Shown here: one piece after another, positions 1 through 9,461 of the stretch
Position numbering within the stretch: position 1 is the stretch's first letter
How the letters are laid out: every line of letters starts with the position of its first letter
Assembly (NCBI RefSeq): GCF_000008665.1
Contig: NC_000917.1
Location: 1 to 32,000, forward strand
Origin: Archaeoglobus fulgidus DSM 4304
Lineage (GTDB): Archaea; Halobacteriota; Archaeoglobi; Archaeoglobales; Archaeoglobaceae
Direction of reading: 5' to 3'
Length of the DNA stretch: 32,000 bases
Translations under genes and position numbers: made by a program
The notes under the pieces: generated by a model
What the model saw: only the letters and a program-made list of their open reading frames with translations
Told to the model about the DNA's origin: nothing
Database searches by the model: none

Positions 1-147
1 GAAAATGGTTTAATCGGAAATTGAGTAGGAGGATAAAAGTCGCATGCTATTATAAATGAGATGCACTTTCGACACCTCGCGGAAGTATATAAATGAAAGA
101 AGCCCTCAGAAAACTTTAAATTGGAAATAGAGGGAAAATTACTGATG
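1..147 (+). promoter_or_regulatory. Probable CRISPR leader/promoter region upstream of the array
   Basis: AT-rich, non-repeat sequence directly before the first repeat, with TATA-like stretches near 50 (ttataaa) and 88 (tatataaat). Repeats end in ATTGAAAG, the typical crRNA 5' handle when the + strand is transcribed, so a left-side leader is expected. The window edge may truncate it. Confidence 0.6.
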
Positions 148-3100
148 GTTGAAATCAGACCAAAATGGGATTGAAAGAGCCTTTCAGCCCTAGTGTGAGT
201 GTCAGGTTTACTCTTGTTGAAATCAGACCAAAATGGGATTGAAAGGTTTGTTAAGGGCTTTGATTTGCTCCTCGGTGGCTCTGGTTGAAATCAGACCAAA
301 ATGGGATTGAAAGTAAAGCAGTTCACCCCTGTTACTGGTTTAACTGCCTTGTTGAAATCAGACCAAAATGGGATTGAAAGGTATTTGAATCAATGAAAAG
401 AAATCTTACCTCGTCGTTGAAATCAGACCAAAATGGGATTGAAAGAGTCTTCTGGATGGGTCACAAGGGAGACATCGAGGCGTTGAAATCAGACCAAAAT
501 GGGATTGAAAGTCAGCAAGGTTACGTCGGAGATCCTCGAAGAGGGTATCAGTTGAAATCAGACCAAAATGGGATTGAAAGCGAGGATTGCTGCCAAAGAG
601 AGCGCCTCGTTCTTCGGTTGAAATCAGACCAAAATGGGATTGAAAGAAAGTGAACATGCTTAAAGAAATGCTGACAGAAATTGAGTTGAAATCAGACCAA
701 AATGGGATTGAAAGAGCGAGGAAGAGCTTGACGAATTCTTCAAAAGCGGAGTTGAAATCAGACCAAAATGGGATTGAAAGTTGCATTTACATCGGCAGAA
801 TTGGTCTCGTCGGAAGGCATGTTGAAATCAGACCAAAATGGGATTGAAAGCGGTTCTCTTACGTACTCATGCGAGAAGTGAGACTCGCGTTGGTTGAAAT
901 CAGACCAAAATGGGATTGAAAGAGCAAGTCGTGAAACTGAGCAGTCAAAACAGATCGTTAGTTGAAATCAGACCAAAATGGGATTGAAAGTTTTCCCATA
1001 CAATTACGACTTCGCCGGAAAAAAAGTTGAAATCAGACCAAAATGGGATTGAAAGAGCGAGTTCGACCACGTCGTAGGTCTGCTGTCGGCAAGTTGAAAT
1101 CAGACCAAAATGGGATTGAAAGTGTTTGAAGTAGTTGAATACACCGTTGTGCTGTTTGTTGTTGAAATCAGACCAAAATGGGATTGAAAGAGAGGGAGTA
1201 TTAGGGCCATACTGGCCGGAGTTGTGGTTGTTGAAATCAGACCAAAATGGGATTGAAAGATTCCAAATTGCGGAAAAAGATTCGAGGGCAGTTACTTCCC
1301 GTTGAAATCAGACCAAAATGGGATTGAAAGACGTCGTTTATTGCCGTAACGCTAACACCATACTCAAGAGTTGAAATCAGACCAAAATGGGATTGAAAGA
1401 AAGCCGTCCAGCGATTGTTTTCATCCGCACCGATAATAGGTTGAAATCAGACCAAAATGGGATTGAAAGGGTTTAGACTTCCAGCAGGTAAGACATTCAA
1501 GGTTCGTTGAAATCAGACCAAAATGGGATTGAAAGGAGGTAATAGCTGCGAGGGTCAAGCAGGTTTACGAGAAGTTGAAATCAGACCAAAATGGGATTGA
1601 AAGGAGCAATATTAGAAGAACTCATGGCCACTGGCGACTTCAGTTGAAATCAGACCAAAATGGGATTGAAAGTTACATATCCATTCACAGCACCTATGGC
1701 TGCCATCAAAATGTTGAAATCAGACCAAAATGGGATTGAAAGCTTCACAACCAGCCTGACCTCAATCTCTCCTCTCTCTTCGAGTTGAAATCAGACCAAA
1801 ATGGGATTGAAAGCATGGACATTCAGGCACAGCCAGAGCAAAAGACCTTCGTTGAAATCAGACCAAAATGGGATTGAAAGTTCGTTAAGCTTTTCTCTAA
1901 TTAGATTAACCGTTTTCGTAGTTGAAATCAGACCAAAATGGGATTGAAAGTTTGATGTGAAAACCGCCCCTAAGCTTCCCGTTCGTGTTGAAATCAGACC
2001 AAAATGGGATTGAAAGATCCTCACCGTCGGCGTGTCTTTCCCATTCAATTTCGGCGTTGAAATCAGACCAAAATGGGATTGAAAGCATCAGCTTATGCAT
2101 GTAATAAGCGAAGCTACATAACTGCACGTTGAAATCAGACCAAAATGGGATTGAAAGATCTATGTAGAGAAGGTATCCGATTTCATAGACTGGAGAGTTG
2201 AAATCAGACCAAAATGGGATTGAAAGTATTTTTTTAAAAAAATATATAAAAAAGGAGGTGATGCGTTGAAATCAGACCAAAATGGGATTGAAAGCTGTTC
2301 ATCCTGTTCGGAGTGTTGATTTACGCAATTCTCAGTTGAAATCAGACCAAAATGGGATTGAAAGTCGCTCTCTTGGTAGGTTACTTTGTCTTTACGGAGG
2401 TTGTTGAAATCAGACCAAAATGGGATTGAAAGCGGTTTCCTCGCTGATCCGACTCTTCAGCCATCGCTGTTGAAATCAGACCAAAATGGGATTGAAAGTA
2501 AGCGTCGCTGGGCGTCGCTCGGTGGTGGAACGGGTTAGTTGAAATCAGACCAAAATGGGATTGAAAGGCCAGGATAATTGAGCGTGTTGTAGAGTCTGCC
2601 GCTGTGTTGAAATCAGACCAAAATGGGATTGAAAGATTTCTGGTCGTGTTTACAAACTTAACGAACGCTACGAGTTGAAATCAGACCAAAATGGGATTGA
2701 AAGCCAGCATTGTTCCAGCCGCAGCCAAACCGAGAAGGGGTTGAAATCAGACCAAAATGGGATTGAAAGGCCGTTTTTCAGCCTCTTTGCCTTCATCCAG
2801 CATTTGTTGAAATCAGACCAAAATGGGATTGAAAGCCTCCTTTGGGTGGAGTTCCAATCAGGAACGTGATTGGGTTGAAATCAGACCAAAATGGGATTGA
2901 AAGAAAGAATGACCGAACACCTTAACCTCTCTATAACCCCACGTTGAAATCAGACCAAAATGGGATTGAAAGCTCTTCCCAACGTCACCCACAGATAACT
3001 ATCTGGAGATGGTTGAAATCAGACCAAAATGGGATTGAAAGGTAACCATAACCTACAAGTGCGGAGTGCCCTTGCAGTTGAAATCAGACCAAAATGGGAT

Positions 3101-4213
3101 TGAAAGTACTGCTCCCAGCACAAGGCAGCGCAGGCGTCGTGGTCTTCGTTGAAATCAGACCAAAATGGGATTGAAAGCCTACGGCCGCAAATCGGACAGA
3201 GCTTATCCATCCTGGTTGAAATCAGACCAAAATGGGATTGAAAGTTTGCATCTTCACCGGCATTGTCAGCTGCGAACTCTGAGTTGAAATCAGACCAAAA
3301 TGGGATTGAAAGATAGCTCTCTGTAACTCACTTCTTCCCCATACCATGTTTCTAGTTGAAATCAGACCAAAATGGGATTGAAAGAGCATCTTCGTCTTCT
3401 TTATCCTCTTCAGGAGCTCTAAGTTGAAATCAGACCAAAATGGGATTGAAAGGAAGTTTGCGTTTGTTCCAGAAGTTTGTAGAGTGCCAGTTGAAATCAG
3501 ACCAAAATGGGATTGAAAGAATGCTAATCGGATTCTCTGGTCCATCTGCAAGTGGCAGTTGAAATCAGACCAAAATGGGATTGAAAGTGCTTCATCTTTC
3601 TCCAACACTTCTACAATCTTGACTGTTGAAATCAGACCAAAATGGGATTGAAAGAAGACTACGACTCTTGGTAATCCATCGTTGCCTCTAATCGTTGAAA
3701 TCAGACCAAAATGGGATTGAAAGGGAACCCCGTAACTGGCTGCCTTCACGGCTGCGATTACTGCTACGTTGAAATCAGACCAAAATGGGATTGAAAGATC
3801 AAGAGCCCATGCCGTCAGAGAATGCGTTGAGGAGTGTTGAAATCAGACCAAAATGGGATTGAAAGTCTGATTTTTCGGCAACAACAAACCTGAACTCAGA
3901 ATTGCGTTGAAATCAGACCAAAATGGGATTGAAAGCCTTATCTCATCCTCAGCACCATAAGGCATTTGACCCTTGTTGAAATCAGACCAAAATGGGATTG
4001 AAAGCGAGACATTAACACAATTTATTGGGCATGTCCTGACGGGTTGAAATCAGACCAAAATGGGATTGAAAGGCAGACGACGTACACTACTGGGGCGTTG
4101 TCAAGGAACAGTTGAAATCAGACCAAAATGGGATTGAAAGTAAGAACATCTCATAAACTTGTGTTGGACTCGGTAGCTCCCAAGTTGAAATCAGACCAAA
4201 ATGGGATTGAAAG
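148..4213 (+). CRISPR. CRISPR array, 60 direct repeats (30 nt, GTTGAAATCAGACCAAAATGGGATTGAAAG) and 59 unique spacers of about 35-44 nt
   Basis: Repeat starts counted by eye, for example 148, 216, 284, 351, 416, 482 ... 3975, 4043, 4111, 4184. Period is 65-74 nt. Repeats appear identical throughout. Confidence 0.99.
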
Positions 4214-4289
4214 GCAATGGCGACTTTTGCATAGGTGGCAAGCGTGGCAAGAGGAAAAAGATTTTCTAATTTTTTTATGAATGTAGATT

Positions 4290-4784
4290 ATGAAAGAGAC
4301 GATTCAGCTTGCTATAGGGGTGATGCTGTTGGCCATGCTCGGTTGCTACATCTACATTACTGAGTTCTATCACTACGAATCAACTGAAGAGAGCTCAAAA
4401 GCTGCGATTGAATATTTGAATCAGCTTAGAGCTCAGAATGGCCTGCCTCCTGTAAAGTGGAATAAAACTCTTTACGAGTTTGCGCTGGAAAGGCTTGAAG
4501 ATATGCATGAAAGAGGCTATTACAGTCATTATGACCCTGTTACGCATGAGACGCTGATTTACAGATATGTTGAGGGGTATGTTGGAGAGTGTATCTTGAA
4601 TGGTGTAAGAGGTACAAATCTTCTCTCCAATGGGCTTCAGTCATTATTTGGCTATGAAGAAGAAGCTATAGATATCTGGTCTAAAAGCACCATGCACAAA
4701 CTCATTCTCACTGATAAACGCTTCACAGATGCCGCTGTAGCCTGCAAGTACGACATGTGTGTTTTGATTATGACGGGTGGTTGA
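4290..4784 (+). CDS. CAP/SCP-domain (SCP/PR1-like) protein with N-terminal signal/membrane anchor
   Basis: 164 aa ORF. Hydrophobic N-terminus (IQLAIGVMLLAMLGCYIYI), then CAP-like motifs YLNQLRAQNGLPPVKWNKTLYEFALERLEDM, GYYSHYDP, and IDIWSKSTMHKLILTD. Confidence 0.72.
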   Translation: MKETIQLAIGVMLLAMLGCYIYITEFYHYESTEESSKAAIEYLNQLRAQNGLPPVKWNKTLYEFALERLEDMHERGYYSHYDPVTHETLIYRYVEGYVGECILNGVRGTNLLSNGLQSLFGYEEEAIDIWSKSTMHKLILTDKRFTDAAVACKYDMCVLIMTGG

Positions 4785-4848
4785 GGTGTTCAGAAAAAAG
4801 AGGAAAAGTAAAAAACAATTGCTGCGATAATCGTTTTTGCCGGCGTTT

Positions 4849-4878
4849 TTTGAAATCAGACTAAAGTGGGATTACGTA
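4849..4878 (+). repeat. Diverged relic of the CRISPR repeat
   Basis: tttgaaatcagactaaagtgggattacgta aligns to GTTGAAATCAGACCAAAATGGGATTGAAAG with 22 of the first 25 bases identical. The 3' end is degenerate. Confidence 0.75.
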
Positions 4879-5050
4879 AATTTATTTGTGGAAAGTGTGA
4901 CAAGGAAACAAAACTCAGACCGACGAGAGTTTAAAACCGCCTAAAGCTCTTCTCCAGCAAATCCACCACCAAATTTATTCATTAAGCTTTAACCGTTTAA
5001 AAATCCCCAAACGCCCAAACCTTAAATACCAAACCGCCCATCGAGAACCA

Positions 5051-6811
5051 ATGCCCCTCAGAATTGCAGTTGTGGACAGAGAACGCTGCCAGCCGAAGAA
5101 GTGCGGACAGGAGTGCGTGAAATACTGTCCTCGCGTCAGAACGGGAGACGAGACGGTAAAGATAGAAGACAAGGCCGTCATATCCGAGAATCTCTGCGTT
5201 GGATGCGGAATATGCGTCAAGAAGTGCCCGATGCACGCCATCTGGATTGTTGGTCTGCCAGAGGAGCTTGAGGGCAGGGAGGTGCACCGCTACGGCAAGA
5301 ACGGCTTCGTCCTCTACAACCTCCCCGTTCCGAGAAAGGGCTATGTGGTCGGAATTCTAGGCCCAAACGGGACGGGAAAGAGCACGGCAATCAAAATCCT
5401 TTCGGGGCAGCTCAAGCCCAACCTTGGGAAGGAGGAGGCAAGCTGGGAAGAGATATTTGACAGGTTTGCTGGAACAGAGCTTCTGGACTATCTGAAGGGG
5501 ATAAAGGAGGGGGCAATAAGAGTTAGCCAGAAACCGCAGTACATCGAAGCTATCCCTAAGGTTTACAGCGGTAAGGCGATTGAGCTGCTGAAGAGAGTTG
5601 ACGAGAGAGGGATGCTCGATGCTGTGGTTGAAAAGCTCGGCCTTGCGGAGGCAATAAAGAGAGATGTGAAGGATTTGAGCGGCGGAGAGCTTCAGAGGCT
5701 TGCTATAGCAGCCTGCATCCTCAGGGATGCAGACTTCTACTTCTTCGACGAGGTTACGAGCTACCTCGACATATACCAGCGCATTGCCGTTGCGGGAGTG
5801 ATAAGGGAGCTTGCTGCTGAAAAGACTGTTATGATAGTGGAGCACGACCTCGCCATCCTGGACATGCTTGCCGACTTCGTCCACATCACCTACGGTACTC
5901 CGGGCGTTTTTGGTGTCGTCACCAACGCGAAGGGAGCGAGAGTTGGCATAAACCAGTATCTGAGGGGCTATCTGGCTGAGGAGAACATCAGAATAAGGGA
6001 CAAGCCCATCGAGTTCGAGGTTTTCCAGCCGAGGGAAAGTGTGGGGGAGAATATCCTTGTTGAATATCCATCCTTCACCAAATCCTACGAGGGCTTCAGG
6101 CTTGAAGTTGAGGGGGGAGAGATTTATCAGGGAGAGGTTTTGGGAGTTGTAGGTTCAAACGCAACAGGCAAATCAACCTTCGTGAAGGTTCTTGCGGGAG
6201 TAATTGAGGATGACGAGAAGAAGGTTGAGCTGGATGTTAAGGTCAGCTACAAGCCCCAGTATGTTAAGGCTGATGTAAACATGCAGGTTGGGATGTTTCT
6301 GCGAAGAATAAACCCCATGATTGACAGCTCCTACTACAAAACCGAGTTTCTCAAGCCCCTGATGCTGGAAAACCTCATGGACCGCTACCTAGACGATTTG
6401 AGCGGGGGAGAGTTGCAGAGAGTCGCCATCGTCGCCTGCTTGCTGAGGGAAGCTGACCTCTACCTCCTTGACGAGCCCTCAGCCCACCTCGACGTGGAGC
6501 AGAGGACTGAGGCTGCGAGGGTCATAAGGAGGTTTGCACTAAACACGGGCAAGAGCGTTCTGGTTGTTGACCACGACATCTACCTCATTGACATGGTGAG
6601 TGACAGGTTGCTGGTCTTCGAGGGGCAGCCGGGAAAGCACGGCATAGCGAGAAGGCCGAGGGGAATGAGGGAGGGAATGAACCTCTTTCTATCGAAGCTG
6701 GGCATAACCTTCAGGAGAGACGAGGAGACAAAGAGGCCGAGAGTCAACAAGCCCGATTCGAGGCTGGACAGGGAGCAGAAGGCTGCTGGGGAGTATTACT
6801 ACTATTTCTGA
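5051..6811 (+). CDS. abce1: ABCE1/Rli1 ribosome recycling ATPase (historical name RNase L inhibitor homolog)
   Basis: 586 aa. N-terminal Fe-S cluster motifs (CGQECVKYCP, CVGCGICVKKCP), two ABC domains with GPNGTGKST and GSNATGKST, and two LSGGELQR signatures. Confidence 0.97.
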   Translation: MPLRIAVVDRERCQPKKCGQECVKYCPRVRTGDETVKIEDKAVISENLCVGCGICVKKCPMHAIWIVGLPEELEGREVHRYGKNGFVLYNLPVPRKGYVVGILGPNGTGKSTAIKILSGQLKPNLGKEEASWEEIFDRFAGTELLDYLKGIKEGAIRVSQKPQYIEAIPKVYSGKAIELLKRVDERGMLDAVVEKLGLAEAIKRDVKDLSGGELQRLAIAACILRDADFYFFDEVTSYLDIYQRIAVAGVIRELAAEKTVMIVEHDLAILDMLADFVHITYGTPGVFGVVTNAKGARVGINQYLRGYLAEENIRIRDKPIEFEVFQPRESVGENILVEYPSFTKSYEGFRLEVEGGEIYQGEVLGVVGSNATGKSTFVKVLAGVIEDDEKKVELDVKVSYKPQYVKADVNMQVGMFLRRINPMIDSSYYKTEFLKPLMLENLMDRYLDDLSGGELQRVAIVACLLREADLYLLDEPSAHLDVEQRTEAARVIRRFALNTGKSVLVVDHDIYLIDMVSDRLLVFEGQPGKHGIARRPRGMREGMNLFLSKLGITFRRDEETKRPRVNKPDSRLDREQKAAGEYYYYF

Positions 6812-6849
6812 ATCAGAAAATCTTATAAGGATTGTCAAAAATTTTTTAC

Positions 6850-7443
6850 ATGAAACTTTTCCACAGAATCACCATCTCCCTCTCGGAAGACGACATGAAG
6901 CTCATCGAGGAGCTGAGGAGAGATAGCGGCGACAGCCTGAGCAAGATTTTCAGGGAGGCGATTCAGCTTTACTACAACCTGCTTAAGGCTTCGAAGGCTG
7001 CAGGGGTGGATTTCAGAAAGTATTTCGCAAACGCAACACGCCTTGCCTTTCACATTAACGGAGTTGAGCAGAAGCAGTTTGCGGTCATAGACAGGGAAAT
7101 TTACAGAGTTATGCTGAAAAAGCTTCAGGAGAAGGTGCCGCCTGAGAGCATTGAAAGCGATGAGGAGTTCAGGTCTGCCGTTGCCGGGGTGGTGAAGCTT
7201 TTCGAGATTACGAGGGACAGGTGGAGTGAGTACACGGACGAGCAGAAGCTTGAGGAAATACTCACAACTATGGAGTTTGCCGGAGCCGGCACATTTGCCA
7301 GAGTGGGAGATAAAGAGTACATCTTCAACACCTATGCTGAGTCAACGGCCATAACCAAGCTTATAATTTCGTCGGTTTTGGCTTCCGCAGGCTTAAAGGT
7401 CGAGATAGACCACACTCCCGGCAAGATTTTCATAAGACTTTAG
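6850..7443 (+). CDS. Ribbon-helix-helix (CopG/Arc-type) transcriptional regulator with a large uncharacterised C-terminal domain
   Basis: MKLFHRITISLSEDDMKLIEELRRDSGDSLSKIFREAIQLYYN fits the RHH fold. ATG at 6850 is preferred over the track's TTG at 6832. Confidence 0.75.
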   Translation: MKLFHRITISLSEDDMKLIEELRRDSGDSLSKIFREAIQLYYNLLKASKAAGVDFRKYFANATRLAFHINGVEQKQFAVIDREIYRVMLKKLQEKVPPESIESDEEFRSAVAGVVKLFEITRDRWSEYTDEQKLEEILTTMEFAGAGTFARVGDKEYIFNTYAESTAITKLIISSVLASAGLKVEIDHTPGKIFIRL

Positions 7444-7484
7444 CCAAATCAAGTTATTTTAATCAAAAGTCAGATAATTTTGTT

Positions 7485-7498
7485 ATGAACTGATTCAT
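7485..7498. promoter_or_regulatory. Candidate operator palindrome ATGAACTGATTCAT, next to a TATA-like CTTTTAT
   Basis: Imperfect palindrome 49 nt before ATG 7548. The element plus flank ATGAACTGATTCATAACAGCTTTTATCTTTAG recurs near-identically at 9448. Confidence 0.6.
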
Positions 7499-7547
7499 AA
7501 CAGCTTTTATCTTTAGAAGGCCTATTTTCTAATTTGGAGGTGTTTAG

Positions 7548-8180
7548 ATGGCGGATGTTAGAAAGGAGTTCGTTCAGGCCTTGGCAGACCTCGACGAGGC
7601 AAAGACCGTAGAGCTGACAAAGAAGAGAGTTGAGAGCGGAGAGGATCCATTCACCATTCTTGAGGACGTCAGAAAGGCTACGGACATCATTGGAAAGCGC
7701 TTTGAGGAGGGAAGGTACTTCGTCTCAGACCTGATAATGGCGGGAGAAATTCTCAAGCAGGTAATGGAAATCCTAAGACCGCTGCTGGGAGAGAAGAAGG
7801 CTGAAAGCAAGGGAAAGGTCGTAATAGGAACAGTTGAAGGAGACGTCCACGACATAGGCAAGAACATTGTCATTGCGCTGCTTGAGGCTGAGGGCTTTGA
7901 AGTTGTTGATATAGGTGTTGACCAGCCCCCTGAAGCCTTTGTTGAGGCTGCAAATCAGCACAATCCGGATGTTGTTGGTCTCTCAGGCCTGCTTACCGAA
8001 GCTATAGAGAGCATGAAGAGGACGGTTGAGGCCTTAAGAAAAGCTGGCTACAAGGGCAAGATAATCATAGGAGGAGGAAGGACGAGCGAGGAGGCAAAGG
8101 AGTACACGGGAGCAGATGACTGGGCGGACGATGCCGCTGTCGGTGTGAGGAAGATCAAGGCTCTTGTGGGGGTGGAGTAG
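7548..8180 (+). CDS. mtoC: Corrinoid (B12-binding) methyltransferase protein, copy 1; MtoC/MtbC/MttC type
   Basis: B12-binding motif GDVHDIGKNIV (DxHxxG), ...GLSGLLTEA, ...GGGRTSEEAKEYTGADDWADDAAVGV. Shine-Dalgarno GGAGGTG upstream. The Mto symbol rests on gene context. Confidence 0.88.
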   Translation: MADVRKEFVQALADLDEAKTVELTKKRVESGEDPFTILEDVRKATDIIGKRFEEGRYFVSDLIMAGEILKQVMEILRPLLGEKKAESKGKVVIGTVEGDVHDIGKNIVIALLEAEGFEVVDIGVDQPPEAFVEAANQHNPDVVGLSGLLTEAIESMKRTVEALRKAGYKGKIIIGGGRTSEEAKEYTGADDWADDAAVGVRKIKALVGVE

Positions 8181-9434
8181 ATGAACGCTGAGCAGCTCAT
8201 GGAGGAGAGAAGGCAGAGAATTGAGGACGTGGTAAAGGGGAAGGAGCCTGATAGGGTTCCAGTGACGGGTGCAACGACCGTCTGGCATGGAAGCTACGCT
8301 GGCTACACAGCCAAAGAGGTTCTCTTCGACTACGAAAAGTGCAAGGACGCATGGCTCAAGGTTGCAAAAGATTTCGACTTCGACTCATTCACCGTCGTTG
8401 GCGGCTTGGAGGGGATGATATACACCGTTGCGTTGCTTGAGCAGCCAGACATGTCTGCAGCAGCAAGATTCATCCTCGGCCCCACTCACCTCGTCTTGCA
8501 GGATGTGTACACCAGATGGCCGGGATACGAGCTCGAAGAAAACGCCCATCCGCAGTTCATCGGCAAGGAGATAATGAAGGTTGAGGAGTACGACCAGCTA
8601 ATCGAAAACCCGCTTGAGTTCATAAACAAGGTAGCGATGCCGAGGATAAACAGAAAGCTCGCCAACGTTGGATCTGCAGAATACAACGCAGCACTTGCGA
8701 AGTATGGGGCTGAGCTGGCAAGATTCGGTGCGTTCATGGCCGATGTTTCGATGGAGCTCGCCAAGCTCGGCTATCCAACAATTCCCATGTCCTGGGCCTA
8801 CGCCCCCCTCGACCTCATCAGCGACTTTCTGAGGGACATAAAGAACATGGTCATGGACCTCTACCGCTATCCCGACAAGGTCAAGGAGGCTGTTGAAGCG
8901 GTAAAACCCCTCATAATCAAAGCGGCCGAAGTATCAGCTCCTCCAAAAGAAATCAGAAAGCAGGTCTTCGGCACTGACGTTGTGGAGTGCTTCTACCCGC
9001 TCCACCTGAACGAGTATCTGAGTCCGAAGCTGTACAACGAGTTCTACTGGCCCTACCTCAACGAGGTTCTTCACAAGGTTGCCGACATGGGACAGGTGAA
9101 CTTCGTGCTCTTTGAGGGCAGACACGATGCACACCTCGAAACGCTGTTAGAAGCTCCGAAGAAGAAGGTCGTCGGAGTTTTCGAGAAAACAGACCCAAGA
9201 AAGGTGAGAGAGGTTCTGGGAGACCACGTAATCCTCGTCTCAGGGCCTCCGAACTCTCTGCTGATAGGAGGCACACCGCAGAAGGTGGAGGAGTACATGA
9301 AGAGCCTTCTGGAGGACTGCAAGGAAGGCGGAATGATGATATGGCCGGGAGTTGATGGAGGTATTTCGAGGGATGCAAGGCCTGAGAATGTAAAGGCTGT
9401 GATCGAAGCCGTGAAGAAGTACGGAACTTACTAA
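8181..9434 (+). CDS. mtoB: UroD-family corrinoid methyltransferase, copy 1 (candidate MtoB-type O-demethylase)
   Basis: 417 aa starting at the stop codon of the corrinoid gene. Uroporphyrinogen decarboxylase/cobalamin-methyltransferase style sequence, with C-terminal VSGPPNSLLIGGTPQKVEEYMKSLLEDC...PGVDGGISRDARPENVKAVIEAV. Confidence 0.82.
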   Translation: MNAEQLMEERRQRIEDVVKGKEPDRVPVTGATTVWHGSYAGYTAKEVLFDYEKCKDAWLKVAKDFDFDSFTVVGGLEGMIYTVALLEQPDMSAAARFILGPTHLVLQDVYTRWPGYELEENAHPQFIGKEIMKVEEYDQLIENPLEFINKVAMPRINRKLANVGSAEYNAALAKYGAELARFGAFMADVSMELAKLGYPTIPMSWAYAPLDLISDFLRDIKNMVMDLYRYPDKVKEAVEAVKPLIIKAAEVSAPPKEIRKQVFGTDVVECFYPLHLNEYLSPKLYNEFYWPYLNEVLHKVADMGQVNFVLFEGRHDAHLETLLEAPKKKVVGVFEKTDPRKVREVLGDHVILVSGPPNSLLIGGTPQKVEEYMKSLLEDCKEGGMMIWPGVDGGISRDARPENVKAVIEAVKKYGTY

Positions 9435-9447
9435 TTTTTTCTTATTT

Positions 9448-9461
9448 ATGAACCAGTTCAT
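9448..9461. promoter_or_regulatory. Candidate operator palindrome ATGAACCAGTTCAT, next to a TATA-like CTTTAT
   Basis: Perfect 6-2-6 palindrome 46 nt before the GTG start at 9508. Shares the longer block with the 7485 site. Confidence 0.65.

Noticed and set aside
393-847. Predicted ORFs inside the array (LKSDQNGIE repeats)
   Set aside because: They are translations of the CRISPR repeat; the peptide repeat mirrors the 30-nt DNA repeat and spacer lengths shift the frame.
1791-3749. Minus/plus ORFs with SIPFWSDFN or FQSHFGLIS repeats
   Set aside because: Same cause: frame readings of CRISPR repeats, not proteins.
148-4213. Self-targeting spacers against the methyltransferase or ABCE1 genes
   Set aside because: No convincing match seen by eye; an exact search would be needed and I cannot run it.
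4975-5884. ORFs at 4975-5241, 4997-5287 and 5357-5884 on the minus strand
   Set aside because: Antisense to the well-supported ABCE1 gene; no recognisable domain.
8181-9434. True uroporphyrinogen decarboxylase (hemE) function
   Set aside because: Coupling to a corrinoid protein gene and duplicated corrinoid/methyltransferase pairs favour a methyltransferase of the same superfamily.
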